Virus record (IMG/VR): IMGVR_UViG_3300020477_001475
Span: 44,475 to 108,474 of that record
Strand: one strand, 5' to 3'
Source of the DNA: a virus
DNA: 64,000 nucleotides
Shown: positions 1 through 11,304 of the stretch, one piece after another
Numbering within the stretch: position 1 is the stretch's first letter
Layout: each line of letters opens with the position of its first letter
The notes under the pieces: generated by a model
Databases searched by the model: none
The model's input: only the letters and a program-made list of their open reading frames with translations
What the model was told of the DNA's origin: nothing
Translations under genes and position numbers: made by a program

Positions 1-3000
1 TTGTTTCATATGGTGCCGATGAATGTAAATTATATATACAATTCCTGGCACCAGTATCACAATTACTTCTTTTAAATGGGTTCAATCCTACACCATTGGG
101 ATCGGGATATTCATCTGGTAGTTTAATAGAAAATCCATCACACGATTCTTTTATACAATAATTTTCATCACCATCACATTCATCATTACAATTATTATTA
201 TCATAAATCGTACCATTAATATCATCAGAACATACATAAGAAATATCACCTTCACCATTTGTATATTCACATACACCTTGTAAAGCTATACCATTTAATG
301 CAAAACCATCTTGTGCAGGCCAACAATAACCTGAACATAATGATTCATCACCACTACAATCTACACCGAAATTATCATAATTTCTACAATACGAATTACC
401 TACTGTTGCTGATGCTGATGATCGACATTCACCACAGTCATCATACAAATTTGAATAACAAAGACAAGATATACCTTGCTCATCAGCATTGTTCACATGA
501 GGGAAATTACATATATTACCAGCAACATCACAACCATCGTCTTCACAGTTACAATTTTGACAAGTACCGCCCGAATCTGTACAATGTCCACTGTATGCTA
601 TTTGTCCTTGTCTATGTAATCCAATATTATCACATCGGAATTCTTCATATTCATGATAACCAGTTTCCCAACAACCTATCCCATCACCATCTACATCTGG
701 ATACCACTTCTTTCTATATTCACAACTACTGTTATGATGTGTTGCATCCGAATTATAATTACACACATAATCACTATTTTCATATTCTTGACATAAACCT
801 ATACAATCATTATCAATTTCAAATTGAGTAGTATCTACATTGAATATATCTTCTTCACTATCGTATTTACAATTTATCCACTTCATACCACCAGCTAAAT
901 CATCAACTTCACATCTGGTTAAAGGTCTATCATCCATACAACCATATACTGCAGAGTTTACTGTAAATTGTTCAGATTTTTTTATTAAACAATCATCATC
1001 TTGATAACATCCCGCTGGATAATATACAGTTATTTCATAATCACCAGGCGAATAATCTGATAACCCATAAGTAACATCATTATTTTCATCACCAAGAGTT
1101 ATTTTATTGAAGTCATCACCAGATGTATTTAAAAGAAATATAGAACCACCTGGCTGTAATTCTACACAATCACCACTACACACACTGTTATCCCATATAC
1201 CATCAATAAAATTCCAACATAAGGGAGGATCAGAATCATCATCACTAACGCATCTAAACCCACCAGGCAATCCATCAAATGTATTACAATTATTGAAACC
1301 ATTATCATAATAGATTCCAACAGTACAATCCACTTTCTTCACAGAATAAGAAAAAGTTTCATTTGTATAATCATCATCTGGATTTGTATTACGAATACAA
1401 TGATATCCACCATCATAATATGAACTTATATCTTGATATATACTGTCATTTTCACTTACATCATTTAAATAAAAATAAAAAGGATAACCTTCGTATATAG
1501 TTGGTGCTCCATTTTCATTAGCATAACTTGGTTCTATTATATCCAAATTAACACAAGAACCAACACAACCTTCTGGGTCAACATCATCAAAATTATCTAT
1601 AAAACTTGGATATGTTAATACATCACATTCTTCAAAAGTACAATCTACATAATTTTGACATAATTCATCACTATATTGGCCAACTAAATCGGCGTCAACC
1701 AAACTCATACAATAATTGTGATATTCCTGACATACACAAGAATTATCTTTACATATATAGTTATCCGCTTGAGCTTCTACACAAGCTTGGTGATCATTAT
1801 TATCACCATAATATGGAGGTTCAACCCACCAACCACATGTATCTCCTTCAATATTATGTGGTGCAGTAGGTATTTGCCAATAATATCCATTTTCATCATA
1901 AAAAGTTTGATTAACAATTCTTAATGGCCAATTATTTGAAAAATCTGAATCATTTGGGCAAAAGAACACACCACCATCACATTGTGCATTATTCCAAACC
2001 CATATTTCAATGGCCGTAGAATCAAAACCTAAAACATCATATGGAAATGGATCCCATGTACAAGCTCCACCATAACCATAACCATCACCATCCCAATCTA
2101 AATAGTAAGCAGTTGGTGCTGGTCCACCACAACCACATCCATAATCTAATATTTGACTATCAATATCACCCATATCACCAAAATTTTCATCTTCCCAACA
2201 CATACCCATACAATTTTCTATAGGTACATAATCAGAATTTATAGCTAATTGAACAAGTGATGGCCAATTATCCCAATTATTTATCAATACTGTATCCCAT
2301 TCATCTGGAGTATTAGAACAATCAGGATTAAATTGATCATCCAAACACATGAATCCGAAGGTAATATCTGTCACTCCACATCCAGGAATTAAATCTTCGG
2401 CATCCATTTCATCATCAGTTACAACATCATACCAATTGATATAATATGGTATCCAAGCATCTACACCATCTAAATAAGGTTCTACATAACAAGGCTCAGA
2501 TCCACCACCAACGATATATGTTAAAAATTGATTTTCATCTACATTGTAATAGCAATCCAATTGATATACCCAACCAGGTATATGATAAAAAATACCATCT
2601 ATGTCCTTTTCACCACAAAGATAATGAACCATACCACTCGCCAAACCATCACCATCTGTATCTTCCCACCATGTGTACTGACCACAACTGTCATTACCGG
2701 GTAAATCTTGACAAGATGTTAAACAAGCACAACACATATCTGTGTCTGGATTATTACATTGTACCCAATCATCTACGACACAACAATGTTCAACTTCATA
2801 TTGACCAGTAGAATCTATAGTATGATAACAATACTCTTTCATTTGAGTCCAATTAGGATCATTTATAGGATTATCATTACCATCATAACAAGGAATACCT
2901 TTACAATCACTACAACTCGTATTCCAATCTTGATTATTAGGTATTTTATAAACACCATCTTCTAAATTTGGATTATCCATACAAGGGTTATTATTTTTAT

Positions 3001-6000
3001 TAAAATAAAATACATTGTTTACATCCAAGTCATTTTTATACCATACTTGATTGTTATAACTAATCGCTGTATCTGTAAAATCAATATGACTCACATCACC
3101 AGAACAATTCAATTGCATACAAACACCACAATCATCTGATTTTAAACGGCTGTTATTACCACTACAAGTATTGGTTAAATCCACCGTACATAAATTACTG
3201 TCATCATAACCATACTCCAATGGATCACATCCATATGTTATACCATTTATAGAACTACATTCTTTGTCTGGTGTAACTGCTAGAGTATTACACACATTAT
3301 CGGTACAAGGTTCACCTGTAACATTATCACATATCGTAGTAGGTTCATTATTACATACCCAAGTATCTTGACAATAACCTTCCAATTTACATTCTTTTCT
3401 CCAATCCCTATAAACATCATCATCAGCAAAACAATCTCCACAATAATCACGACAATCATTATCATTCATGTAATCACAATATATGCATGTATCATCGTCA
3501 TCATCATAACACCTGTTTTCATCTGTACTAATACAATAACCACCCACCACCAATGGATCAGATTCATCTAATACATTAATACAAGCATTTTCTAAACAAT
3601 TTTCATCTTCACTACCAAAATAACAATTAAATCCCCAAGGCTGATAGTTTCCATCACCTATATGTTCACATGTAACACAACCTTCATCGTCCCAATCACC
3701 CAAACATATTTCATCTCGAGGCATACCAGATGAATAACCATCACCATCTTCATCAGAATAACAAGTTTCTACATACCCATCACCACCACATTGATCACAA
3801 GTATCACAATCAGTACCATCATTACACACACCATTACAACCTTGTGTCGCACAACCCAAAGACAACCCATTTTCACATCCAATTGGACCTTTACATTCAT
3901 ATTCACCATCACCATCACCAAGATCAAAACAAGTACCATTTGGACATTCTGGACAATTTTGTACACTACCATCATCAGGTATAATATAACCATCTGGATG
4001 TATTTGTATACATGTATGTGATGCATCTAAAATATTACCATCTTGATCTCTACAAAAACTCATACATTCATCTTCATGACCTTCTTCCACACAATTACCA
4101 CAAGAATCATAATAATCAGTATCACATTCACAATAAGCATCACCAACAATAGATTCACACATACCAGCATTTTGTGATTCACAATAAACATCACCACTTG
4201 ATAAAATACCATTCAATTGGTAAACTTTATCACTAGGATCACATTGTATATTTGTACCATAACATATACCACCTAATATAAAATCATTACCACACATTGA
4301 ATCTAAACTTCCATCTTCAATCAATTCACCAGCAATATCATAACAATACTTAACCCATGGAAAGTCACACGCTGCACCATCACCATCACAATCAGAATAA
4401 AAAGTTAATCTTGTATCAACTAAATTAGCTATACATTCATTATTATTTCCACTAAATCCAATAGGAGGTGGACAATTTTCACCTATTTGGACATCATTAG
4501 GACATGATGGTCTAAAACAATTATTAGGACTACCACATAATGCTGTAGTATTAGTACGTGGATTACATTCTATACCACCAGATTCACCACCACAAGTATA
4601 TTCATTACAAATTCTATCATAACCATCTGTATCATCCCAAACAACTGGATAACAAAATTCACCACATGTTATAGTAGAATAACTTGGATCACTACCATCA
4701 TATTTAAATTTACACGAACCATCTTCTTCGGTTGCAAATGGATTATAATTACAAGCTTCTGAATTAGTACAACCCCATACTTGACAATTCCAGTAAATAT
4801 TACCTTCACTACTTTGACATACTTCTGGATTAGCAACGAATCTTATATAAGATGGATTAGTATCAGAACCAGATGCACCATAACCATATTCAAAATAATT
4901 GGACCCCTCTTCTTTACTTGCGGTAAATTGTGCCAATATATATATGTTACCGTCATCAGGATTAAAAATTCTTATAGTATATTCATTTAAACCAACACCA
5001 TCATATTTAATATTCTCTGGAAAATCATATAGAGGTTTACCTTGAGCTCCTCTAGATAAACAATATTCATCACCTTCACAATCAGTAACTTCAGGATACC
5101 ATGTATTGTCATGTGTACTTAATAAATAATGCCAATCCCAATTTTCAGCAGTTTCTTCAAATATATCATCATAATGTGGATCGGTATCATTTAACAAATA
5201 TTGAAATACTAATGGTGAAATATTTTCAGTCGACCATAATCCATCCCAAATATATAAACAAGGATCATTCTGATTATTGTCACAATACACAGAACAATCA
5301 GGATTACTGTCAGGACATTCACTATTATCATCTGAAGGTAAACATGGTTTTTCTTCACCTGTTTGGCAGAAATAACCAGCTTCAGGATATAAACTATACC
5401 AGGTTTCATCTTCAGTACCTGTTAGTTCATTTACAAGATACGGTGGTTCAATATTACCAATATAATTTATATTAAAAGGAAAATGTCTGAATGTAGGCAT
5501 AATACCTTTTATTTCACAATCTTCAACACTTGTACAAGAATGGTTTGGATTGGGTAACCCAGATTGTAATGCAAATCCTTTGAATATACCAACCACATGA
5601 TTGTCATAAGGAGATATATCACCATTATCAAAATAACCTACATCTGGTACAGGTTGTCCTAACCAATCACCACCTTCTAAAGTTTCACCTTCAATTAAAT
5701 TGACATTCATATAGAATACATCACCATTAGGACCGTGAGAATCACTTACATTATAATAAGAAGTATACCAATTAAAAGGGAAATTTTCTATACAACTACC
5801 ATCATCGTCTTCACATCTAGCAGGATATCCACCATTGTCCGGTAATGCTGCATCAACATTTACTTCACATTCACCAGCACTCAAATAAGATAGTTTATTT
5901 CCAGAAGTAATCCATTCATTTGAAGTACTTGCATCAAAATGAGAAAGTGATTTCCATTCATAACTTTTCCATTCCGGAGTTAACCATTTTGCATATATCC

Positions 6001-7705
6001 ATTCCCATTCATGACCACTCCACCCATTTGCGTGATTACAATAATCATTATAATCTCTTCTACTACTACTGGAATAACCAATACCATGATGATCTTTATG
6101 TCCTGGTCCAGCACTTCCTATGGGATATGGTATATTACCCCTTATATCAGTTTCTTCTCCATCAGATGCATCAAAAAATTCTCTACCATTATCTGTATGA
6201 TGATAACCTCTAGCTTCACCATAATGTATTGCTGCATTTTTACGATCCCAACATATACCATATTTATTATCACACCTATCACCACCACTATTATCAAGTC
6301 TTTCATCCAAAAACCAGTAATATGTTCTAATTTCACTTTCATCATCTTCCCATTCCCATGGAGGTCCAGTAGGAGTACAATCACCACCATATAAGCAACC
6401 ATCAGTATCATAATCACCCATTAAATTACTAAAGCCAGCTGGCCAATAATTAAGATTACCACCATCTTCATAATAATGTTTATCATATTTTTGCCAATGA
6501 TAACCCCAGTCACAACCCACAGGACAGCCATCGTATTCTTCAGGATTACCAGTTTGTCTAATTATAGAACCATCATCAGGATTACTTAAACAATCATTAG
6601 ATAAACCCTGATAAAAAGTATCTACACTCCAAGAAACATATTTATAACATTCTCTTTGTGGAGTTAAAGCCCACAACTCAGTTGGACCACCCATTATAAA
6701 AGTTATTCTGTTTTCTTCATTTAAAGGTGCATTACCATCCCAAGGCCATTGTGCATAATCATCTTCGTGTAAACCACCTAGTGGTAAGGTAGCTCTTGGT
6801 AAATAACCACCTTCTGCCGACAATAGTATTTCGTCGCCTTCAAACCATTCACCATCATCTGTTTCATCACAATCATCTTCATTATCAATATCAGGATAAC
6901 CATCACAATATGATTCACCTCTATACCACCAATTTTCGTCATCCATTAAATCAAATACACAAAATCCTGTAGATTCACATTCATCTTGATCAGCTGCAAC
7001 TAGTGTTTCACCTGTTAAGGGATTAACACAAATTCCCATATCTTCACAAGTACTGTCATCTTCATACAAATCTGTAAACCATTCCAACACATTATCATCA
7101 TCATCGTATAATACACAATAACCATAATCTGTATCACCACAATATGTTTCCACATCAAAAGTTTCGGTGCACCCTTCACCTGTATTTGGATCACTCCCAT
7201 CACCACAAGATTCTACTATATAACAATTATTAAAACCTTCACATTCAGCTTGGTCCATAGTATCAGTTAAAATAACTATTGGGTCACAACATTGAGAACT
7301 ATTATCACATTCATGAATAGTACCAAAATACTCATTATTATAATTCATAACTTGCATTTCACATTCAGTGTTCCAACAAGTATTTTCAACTAATGTATTT
7401 CCAATATAAACACAATTTAAATCATTTTCATAACAACTATAAGCAGCCATTTGATAGTAAGATGTTTCGTAGGGATCATATGTTGAATAACCAGTATCAT
7501 CAATTTCCCATGGTTGATGGCCACTTGCAGGTGATTGTCTAATGATAGAATTACATTCAGCTTCTTCACACAATGATGCAGGATCCGAATACCAATCAGC
7601 ACAATGATAAAATGGTTGTCCACCATCTTCTATATCAGATTGCCAACAATTCCAATGAGAATTGACTTTTGTTGAATCTGTACATCCTGTTTTCCAACTG
7701 CTCAC
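1..7705 (-). CDS. Giant Cys/Asp-rich repeat protein (>=2568 aa, runs off the window start); putative virion-surface/adhesin protein
   Basis: GTG at 7703-7705 with GGAG SD upstream. Reads MSSWKTGCTDSTKVNSHWNCWQ... and the same frame is open at the window start (...CDTGARNCIYNLHSSAPYET). No ORF in this frame is in the track, consistent with no stop in the window. Contains GCTNSEACNYNPFATEEDGSC and WYPDVDGDGIGC motifs. Confidence 0.85.
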   Translation of the reverse strand, partial: MSSWKTGCTDSTKVNSHWNCWQSDIEDGGQPFYHCADWYSDPASLCEEAECNSIIRQSPASGHQPWEIDDTGYSTYDPYETSYYQMAAYSCYENDLNCVYIGNTLVENTCWNTECEMQVMNYNNEYFGTIHECDNSSQCCDPIVILTDTMDQAECEGFNNCYIVESCGDGSDPNTGEGCTETFDVETYCGDTDYGYCVLYDDDDNVLEWFTDLYEDDSTCEDMGICVNPLTGETLVAADQDECESTGFCVFDLMDDENWWYRGESYCDGYPDIDNEDDCDETDDGEWFEGDEILLSAEGGYLPRATLPLGGLHEDDYAQWPWDGNAPLNEENRITFIMGGPTELWALTPQRECYKYVSWSVDTFYQGLSNDCLSNPDDGSIIRQTGNPEEYDGCPVGCDWGYHWQKYDKHYYEDGGNLNYWPAGFSNLMGDYDTDGCLYGGDCTPTGPPWEWEDDESEIRTYYWFLDERLDNSGGDRCDNKYGICWDRKNAAIHYGEARGYHHTDNGREFFDASDGEETDIRGNIPYPIGSAGPGHKDHHGIGYSSSSRRDYNDYCNHANGWSGHEWEWIYAKWLTPEWKSYEWKSLSHFDASTSNEWITSGNKLSYLSAGECEVNVDAALPDNGGYPARCEDDDGSCIENFPFNWYTSYYNVSDSHGPNGDVFYMNVNLIEGETLEGGDWLGQPVPDVGYFDNGDISPYDNHVVGIFKGFALQSGLPNPNHSCTSVEDCEIKGIMPTFRHFPFNINYIGNIEPPYLVNELTGTEDETWYSLYPEAGYFCQTGEEKPCLPSDDNSECPDSNPDCSVYCDNNQNDPCLYIWDGLWSTENISPLVFQYLLNDTDPHYDDIFEETAENWDWHYLLSTHDNTWYPEVTDCEGDEYCLSRGAQGKPLYDFPENIKYDGVGLNEYTIRIFNPDDGNIYILAQFTASKEEGSNYFEYGYGASGSDTNPSYIRFVANPEVCQSSEGNIYWNCQVWGCTNSEACNYNPFATEEDGSCKFKYDGSDPSYSTITCGEFCYPVVWDDTDGYDRICNEYTCGGESGGIECNPRTNTTALCGSPNNCFRPSCPNDVQIGENCPPPIGFSGNNNECIANLVDTRLTFYSDCDGDGAACDFPWVKYCYDIAGELIEDGSLDSMCGNDFILGGICYGTNIQCDPSDKVYQLNGILSSGDVYCESQNAGMCESIVGDAYCECDTDYYDSCGNCVEEGHEDECMSFCRDQDGNILDASHTCIQIHPDGYIIPDDGSVQNCPECPNGTCFDLGDGDGEYECKGPIGCENGLSLGCATQGCNGVCNDGTDCDTCDQCGGDGYVETCYSDEDGDGYSSGMPRDEICLGDWDDEGCVTCEHIGDGNYQPWGFNCYFGSEDENCLENACINVLDESDPLVVGGYCISTDENRCYDDDDDTCIYCDYMNDNDCRDYCGDCFADDDVYRDWRKECKLEGYCQDTWVCNNEPTTICDNVTGEPCTDNVCNTLAVTPDKECSSINGITYGCDPLEYGYDDSNLCTVDLTNTCSGNNSRLKSDDCGVCMQLNCSGDVSHIDFTDTAISYNNQVWYKNDLDVNNVFYFNKNNNPCMDNPNLEDGVYKIPNNQDWNTSCSDCKGIPCYDGNDNPINDPNWTQMKEYCYHTIDSTGQYEVEHCCVVDDWVQCNNPDTDMCCACLTSCQDLPGNDSCGQYTWWEDTDGDGLASGMVHYLCGEKDIDGIFYHIPGWVYQLDCYYNVDENQFLTYIVGGGSEPCYVEPYLDGVDAWIPYYINWYDVVTDDEMDAEDLIPGCGVTDITFGFMCLDDQFNPDCSNTPDEWDTVLINNWDNWPSLVQLAINSDYVPIENCMGMCWEDENFGDMGDIDSQILDYGCGCGGPAPTAYYLDWDGDGYGYGGACTWDPFPYDVLGFDSTAIEIWVWNNAQCDGGVFFCPNDSDFSNNWPLRIVNQTFYDENGYYWQIPTAPHNIEGDTCGWWVEPPYYGDNNDHQACVEAQADNYICKDNSCVCQEYHNYCMSLVDADLVGQYSDELCQNYVDCTFEECDVLTYPSFIDNFDDVDPEGCVGSCVNLDIIEPSYANENGAPTIYEGYPFYFYLNDVSENDSIYQDISSYYDGGYHCIRNTNPDDDYTNETFSYSVKKVDCTVGIYYDNGFNNCNTFDGLPGGFRCVSDDDSDPPLCWNFIDGIWDNSVCSGDCVELQPGGSIFLLNTSGDDFNKITLGDENNDVTYGLSDYSPGDYEITVYYPAGCYQDDDCLIKKSEQFTVNSAVYGCMDDRPLTRCEVDDLAGGMKWINCKYDSEEDIFNVDTTQFEIDNDCIGLCQEYENSDYVCNYNSDATHHNSSCEYRKKWYPDVDGDGIGCWETGYHEYEEFRCDNIGLHRQGQIAYSGHCTDSGGTCQNCNCEDDGCDVAGNICNFPHVNNADEQGISCLCYSNLYDDCGECRSSASATVGNSYCRNYDNFGVDCSGDESLCSGYCWPAQDGFALNGIALQGVCEYTNGEGDISYVCSDDINGTIYDNNNCNDECDGDENYCIKESCDGFSIKLPDEYPDPNGVGLNPFKRSNCDTGARNCIYNLHSSAPYET

Positions 7706-7716
7706 TATAAGACTCC

Positions 7717-10700
7717 TTAATTACCTAAAATCATATTTACTATGCTTACTATGTCAGTTACATTAACTTGACCATCACCATTAACATCAGAACATTCTGT
7801 TAAATCATTTCCTACAGCACTTTCTAAACTTAAATCCACACCACTCAAAACAAAATTAACAATACTTACGACATCAGAAACATTAACATCACCAGTACCA
7901 TTTACATCACCCGGAATACATGACACAACATCTTCGACAGTACCACTGAATAAATATCCAAAAACATAATCTATTTTATCATTTAATTCTTGTTCTTTTT
8001 GTGTTATCCTTTCACTCTTTAACTTTACATTCTTCTTATTAGAAAATGTTTTAACTTTAGTGTGAAGACTTCCAATTTGATCAGAAAATGAAATTATATT
8101 TGATGTTCTGTATTTAGTTGGTATTATATTAGTAACAATAACTTCAACTACATCAGAACCTATCATTTCTTGTTCAGGTAATCCAAATGTTTCACCTAAA
8201 ACTTCCAACTTAAATTTAAGAACAATTTCATCATAACCTTGTGGTAATTCTGGTGCTTCCCATTCCAAATATGGAGATTCAGACCAAGGCAGTATATGTT
8301 CTGGTGTTCTTCTTTGTGGGTTAATAGGGTTATCTGTAATTGGATTTCCTATAAAAACCCATTCGTTACCATTCCAACGATACCATCTATATTTCAATGA
8401 TTCAGTACTACCATCACATATAGAATTAGCAGCTTGAAATGAATTACTACCATCTAACACAAATTTTCTCAATGGTTTAACCCAAAAATCTTCATTAACT
8501 ATTGCTACAACTGGTGGTATTATAGATGTAGAAACTTTAAACCCAGGTTCAAGTCTATGTACATACTCCCAACTACAACCATTTTGTTCACAATCTTCTT
8601 GATTTGTAATTGACAAATCACATTCACAAAATTCACTATACCATTGTCCTCCTGATGAATCTTGTTCCCATTCAAATACTCTATGGTCATCGTCAATAAT
8701 ATTATCCGTATATGCTTCTATTTTAAATAAGAAGTCAGTATCATAAGGTTCTTCTGAATTGTTATATGGATAACTACCACCATATCTTATCCATTCCCTA
8801 CAAGATAAATTTTGCCAATCATATATGGAATTATATCCAATAGAATATGAAGTATCATTTATATTAAAACCAGAATTAGTAATTCTTATATCAAAGGGTA
8901 TTTGATATAAATCATCAATACCTTGTACAGTACCAGGATTAGAAACTGTAAACCAACCATCTCTAGGAATTTCAAATAAGTGTCCATATTGGTCGTGTAC
9001 CCTTGATACAATTCTCAATCTAACATCAGTTATAGTTTGTGTACTATATACTTGTGCACGAAATTTTATAATATCATCTAAAATTACAGATGGAGTATCA
9101 TAATCACAATCACTTGGGTTATGATAATACCAATCAAAATCATAATTACCAGCATTAGGATCACTACAACCTGTACAAACATCCCAAAAATCTAAACAAC
9201 AATTACCCTCATCATACATACATTCTAATATATCACAAGAACAGTAATCACCACCAACATTAGAATTCCCACATTCATCTACACATGACCCTCTAAATGA
9301 ACAACAAATTTCATCAGTACCAGATGAAGGGAAAGTTTCATAAATATTACCACCACAATCTACCCACACAGATTCACCATCATAAATACCTGTTGGATAT
9401 GGATCAAAATTAATAGCTTCTTGATTTAAACATTCAGCACATACAGTATTATCACCATCACAAATATTACAAACATCAATTTCTGAATCACAGTAACATA
9501 ATGCTTCATTATCTTCATAATCATTAGTATCAATAAATTCGTAACCATCAGGACAACCACCATCTATGACAAGATTTTCATCACCTTCACATGCAATTAA
9601 AATTTGGTTATCTTGGAAATTACACCCAATACCATCACAATCATAATCCAAATAATAACATTTAGGTGTTATACAACAACCATCTAACCCGTGAGTTTCA
9701 GTACATTGAGTATTAGGTATACCTTCTTCCCAATTAGTTGTCCAAAAATTATAAATTACATTTTTATTACAATAATCGCCACTTCCACTTATCATACCAT
9801 TAGCAACACCAACACAACCAAAATCAACTGCATCTTGGTCAAGATTGTCAACACAACCCACAAATTCACAATCACCAGAATCTACTGTACAAGTTTCACA
9901 ATAATTGAAAGCTCCTTGATCTGTACAACCATAACAATAATCATCATCTTCAAAACCATTTGGAACACAACCACAATGTTCAGTGAGATATTCTTGATTT
10001 GTACAACAACATTCACAATGTTCTTCACCATCTTGATGCCCTAAATGATTTTGACATTCACAAGGACCATCACCATTACAGATACCACATTCATCTTCTA
10101 ATGCACTACCATTACATGAACCTTCACAATCAAAATAATTTTCTTCACAATCACAATATTCATCCGCTTCACCACAATCTTCTGTAGTAGGGTATTCAGT
10201 ACATTCTTCAAATCCTGGACACCAATATTGTAAATCGTCACAACATCCTATACCATCACCATCTGAATCATAATAACGAATATTTTCATAATATGGATTA
10301 CACAAATCTGGGTTGTGATGTACTCCATCTAAATCTTCAGCACAATCTACTACATTAACTTCATCACAATTATAATTACCATTATATATACCTTTAGCTT
10401 TAGGATTCAAACTACTAATATGATGGACATGTTCCTCATATAAAACTTCATAATCACCAAAAGTTGGATTATCTATACCTGAAATAGCTGGACAAGGACA
10501 TTTATCTATACCTTCAGGACAATCTACACCATTAACACCATCGTCACAATAAAATAAACATCCAGAAAAGATACAACAACAATTCTCATATTCACAATCA
10601 GGACATTGAGCACCAGCATTATCTGCACCAGAATCTTCATCACATTCATATGTAAGATCACATTGTAAATCGAACAAATCACTTCCATCTAGATAACAGT

Positions 10701-11301
10701 CCCAATTCGGATTAACAATATCTCCAGGATACTCCCAATTTTCAGTACAAGGATTTGCCATTAGCATTCCAATTGAATTACCAGAAATATCTGAACACAT
10801 ATCACCAAATACATCTGTATTACAAGAACAATGACCCCAAAGATTTGGATCAACAGTTTCATCTTCCCATACATAAAAATAAGCATCATGGGATAGACCA
10901 TCATTACCATCGGTGTTATACCAACAACCATATGGATGTGAGTTACCATTGCTATCATTACAAGCACCACCTTCAAATGCATTTAGTACTGGTACTGCTG
11001 TCAAATTAACACAAGGCCATTCACAAGTTTCTAATGTATCTTCTATATTTCCAGGAGTTGTTGTTTCTACTGCAATAGGTGATGTTACATTTTTAGAAGC
11101 TTCTATTGCATCTTGAAATTTTTGTATATTAATCCGTTTTTGAATTTCTGGTTTTAATTTAGGGTTTGTTGTAATTAAAACTTTATCCTTTTCTTTTTGG
11201 GATAATTTAGTCTTTTGTTTTGGTGGAGTTTTAGGTTTAGTTGATTTCTTTGACTTGTCAACATCCACTATACCCACATTAATTTCAAAATTACCACTCA
11301 T
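7717..11301 (-). CDS. Cys-rich repeat protein with somatomedin-B-like, PKD-like and C-terminal dockerin domains
   Basis: GCTDQGAFNY repeat, YYDSDGDGIGC, SMB-like SCVDEC..CSCDILEC..NCCLDFWDVC, PKD-like VLDGSNSF..LKYRW..LKFKLEV, duplicated dockerin GDVNGTGDVNVSDVVSIVNFVL / SDVNGDGQVNVTDIVSIVNMIL. Confidence 0.8.
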   Translation of the reverse strand: MSGNFEINVGIVDVDKSKKSTKPKTPPKQKTKLSQKEKDKVLITTNPKLKPEIQKRINIQKFQDAIEASKNVTSPIAVETTTPGNIEDTLETCEWPCVNLTAVPVLNAFEGGACNDSNGNSHPYGCWYNTDGNDGLSHDAYFYVWEDETVDPNLWGHCSCNTDVFGDMCSDISGNSIGMLMANPCTENWEYPGDIVNPNWDCYLDGSDLFDLQCDLTYECDEDSGADNAGAQCPDCEYENCCCIFSGCLFYCDDGVNGVDCPEGIDKCPCPAISGIDNPTFGDYEVLYEEHVHHISSLNPKAKGIYNGNYNCDEVNVVDCAEDLDGVHHNPDLCNPYYENIRYYDSDGDGIGCCDDLQYWCPGFEECTEYPTTEDCGEADEYCDCEENYFDCEGSCNGSALEDECGICNGDGPCECQNHLGHQDGEEHCECCCTNQEYLTEHCGCVPNGFEDDDYCYGCTDQGAFNYCETCTVDSGDCEFVGCVDNLDQDAVDFGCVGVANGMISGSGDYCNKNVIYNFWTTNWEEGIPNTQCTETHGLDGCCITPKCYYLDYDCDGIGCNFQDNQILIACEGDENLVIDGGCPDGYEFIDTNDYEDNEALCYCDSEIDVCNICDGDNTVCAECLNQEAINFDPYPTGIYDGESVWVDCGGNIYETFPSSGTDEICCSFRGSCVDECGNSNVGGDYCSCDILECMYDEGNCCLDFWDVCTGCSDPNAGNYDFDWYYHNPSDCDYDTPSVILDDIIKFRAQVYSTQTITDVRLRIVSRVHDQYGHLFEIPRDGWFTVSNPGTVQGIDDLYQIPFDIRITNSGFNINDTSYSIGYNSIYDWQNLSCREWIRYGGSYPYNNSEEPYDTDFLFKIEAYTDNIIDDDHRVFEWEQDSSGGQWYSEFCECDLSITNQEDCEQNGCSWEYVHRLEPGFKVSTSIIPPVVAIVNEDFWVKPLRKFVLDGSNSFQAANSICDGSTESLKYRWYRWNGNEWVFIGNPITDNPINPQRRTPEHILPWSESPYLEWEAPELPQGYDEIVLKFKLEVLGETFGLPEQEMIGSDVVEVIVTNIIPTKYRTSNIISFSDQIGSLHTKVKTFSNKKNVKLKSERITQKEQELNDKIDYVFGYLFSGTVEDVVSCIPGDVNGTGDVNVSDVVSIVNFVLSGVDLSLESAVGNDLTECSDVNGDGQVNVTDIVSIVNMILGN

Positions 11302-11304
11302 AAC

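Noticed and set aside
259-11116. Many His/Asn/Ile-rich plus-strand ORFs and short off-frame minus-strand ORFs
   Set aside because: They are antisense or alternate-frame shadows of the giant Cys/Asp-rich minus-strand genes; the same applies to plus-strand ORFs throughout the window.
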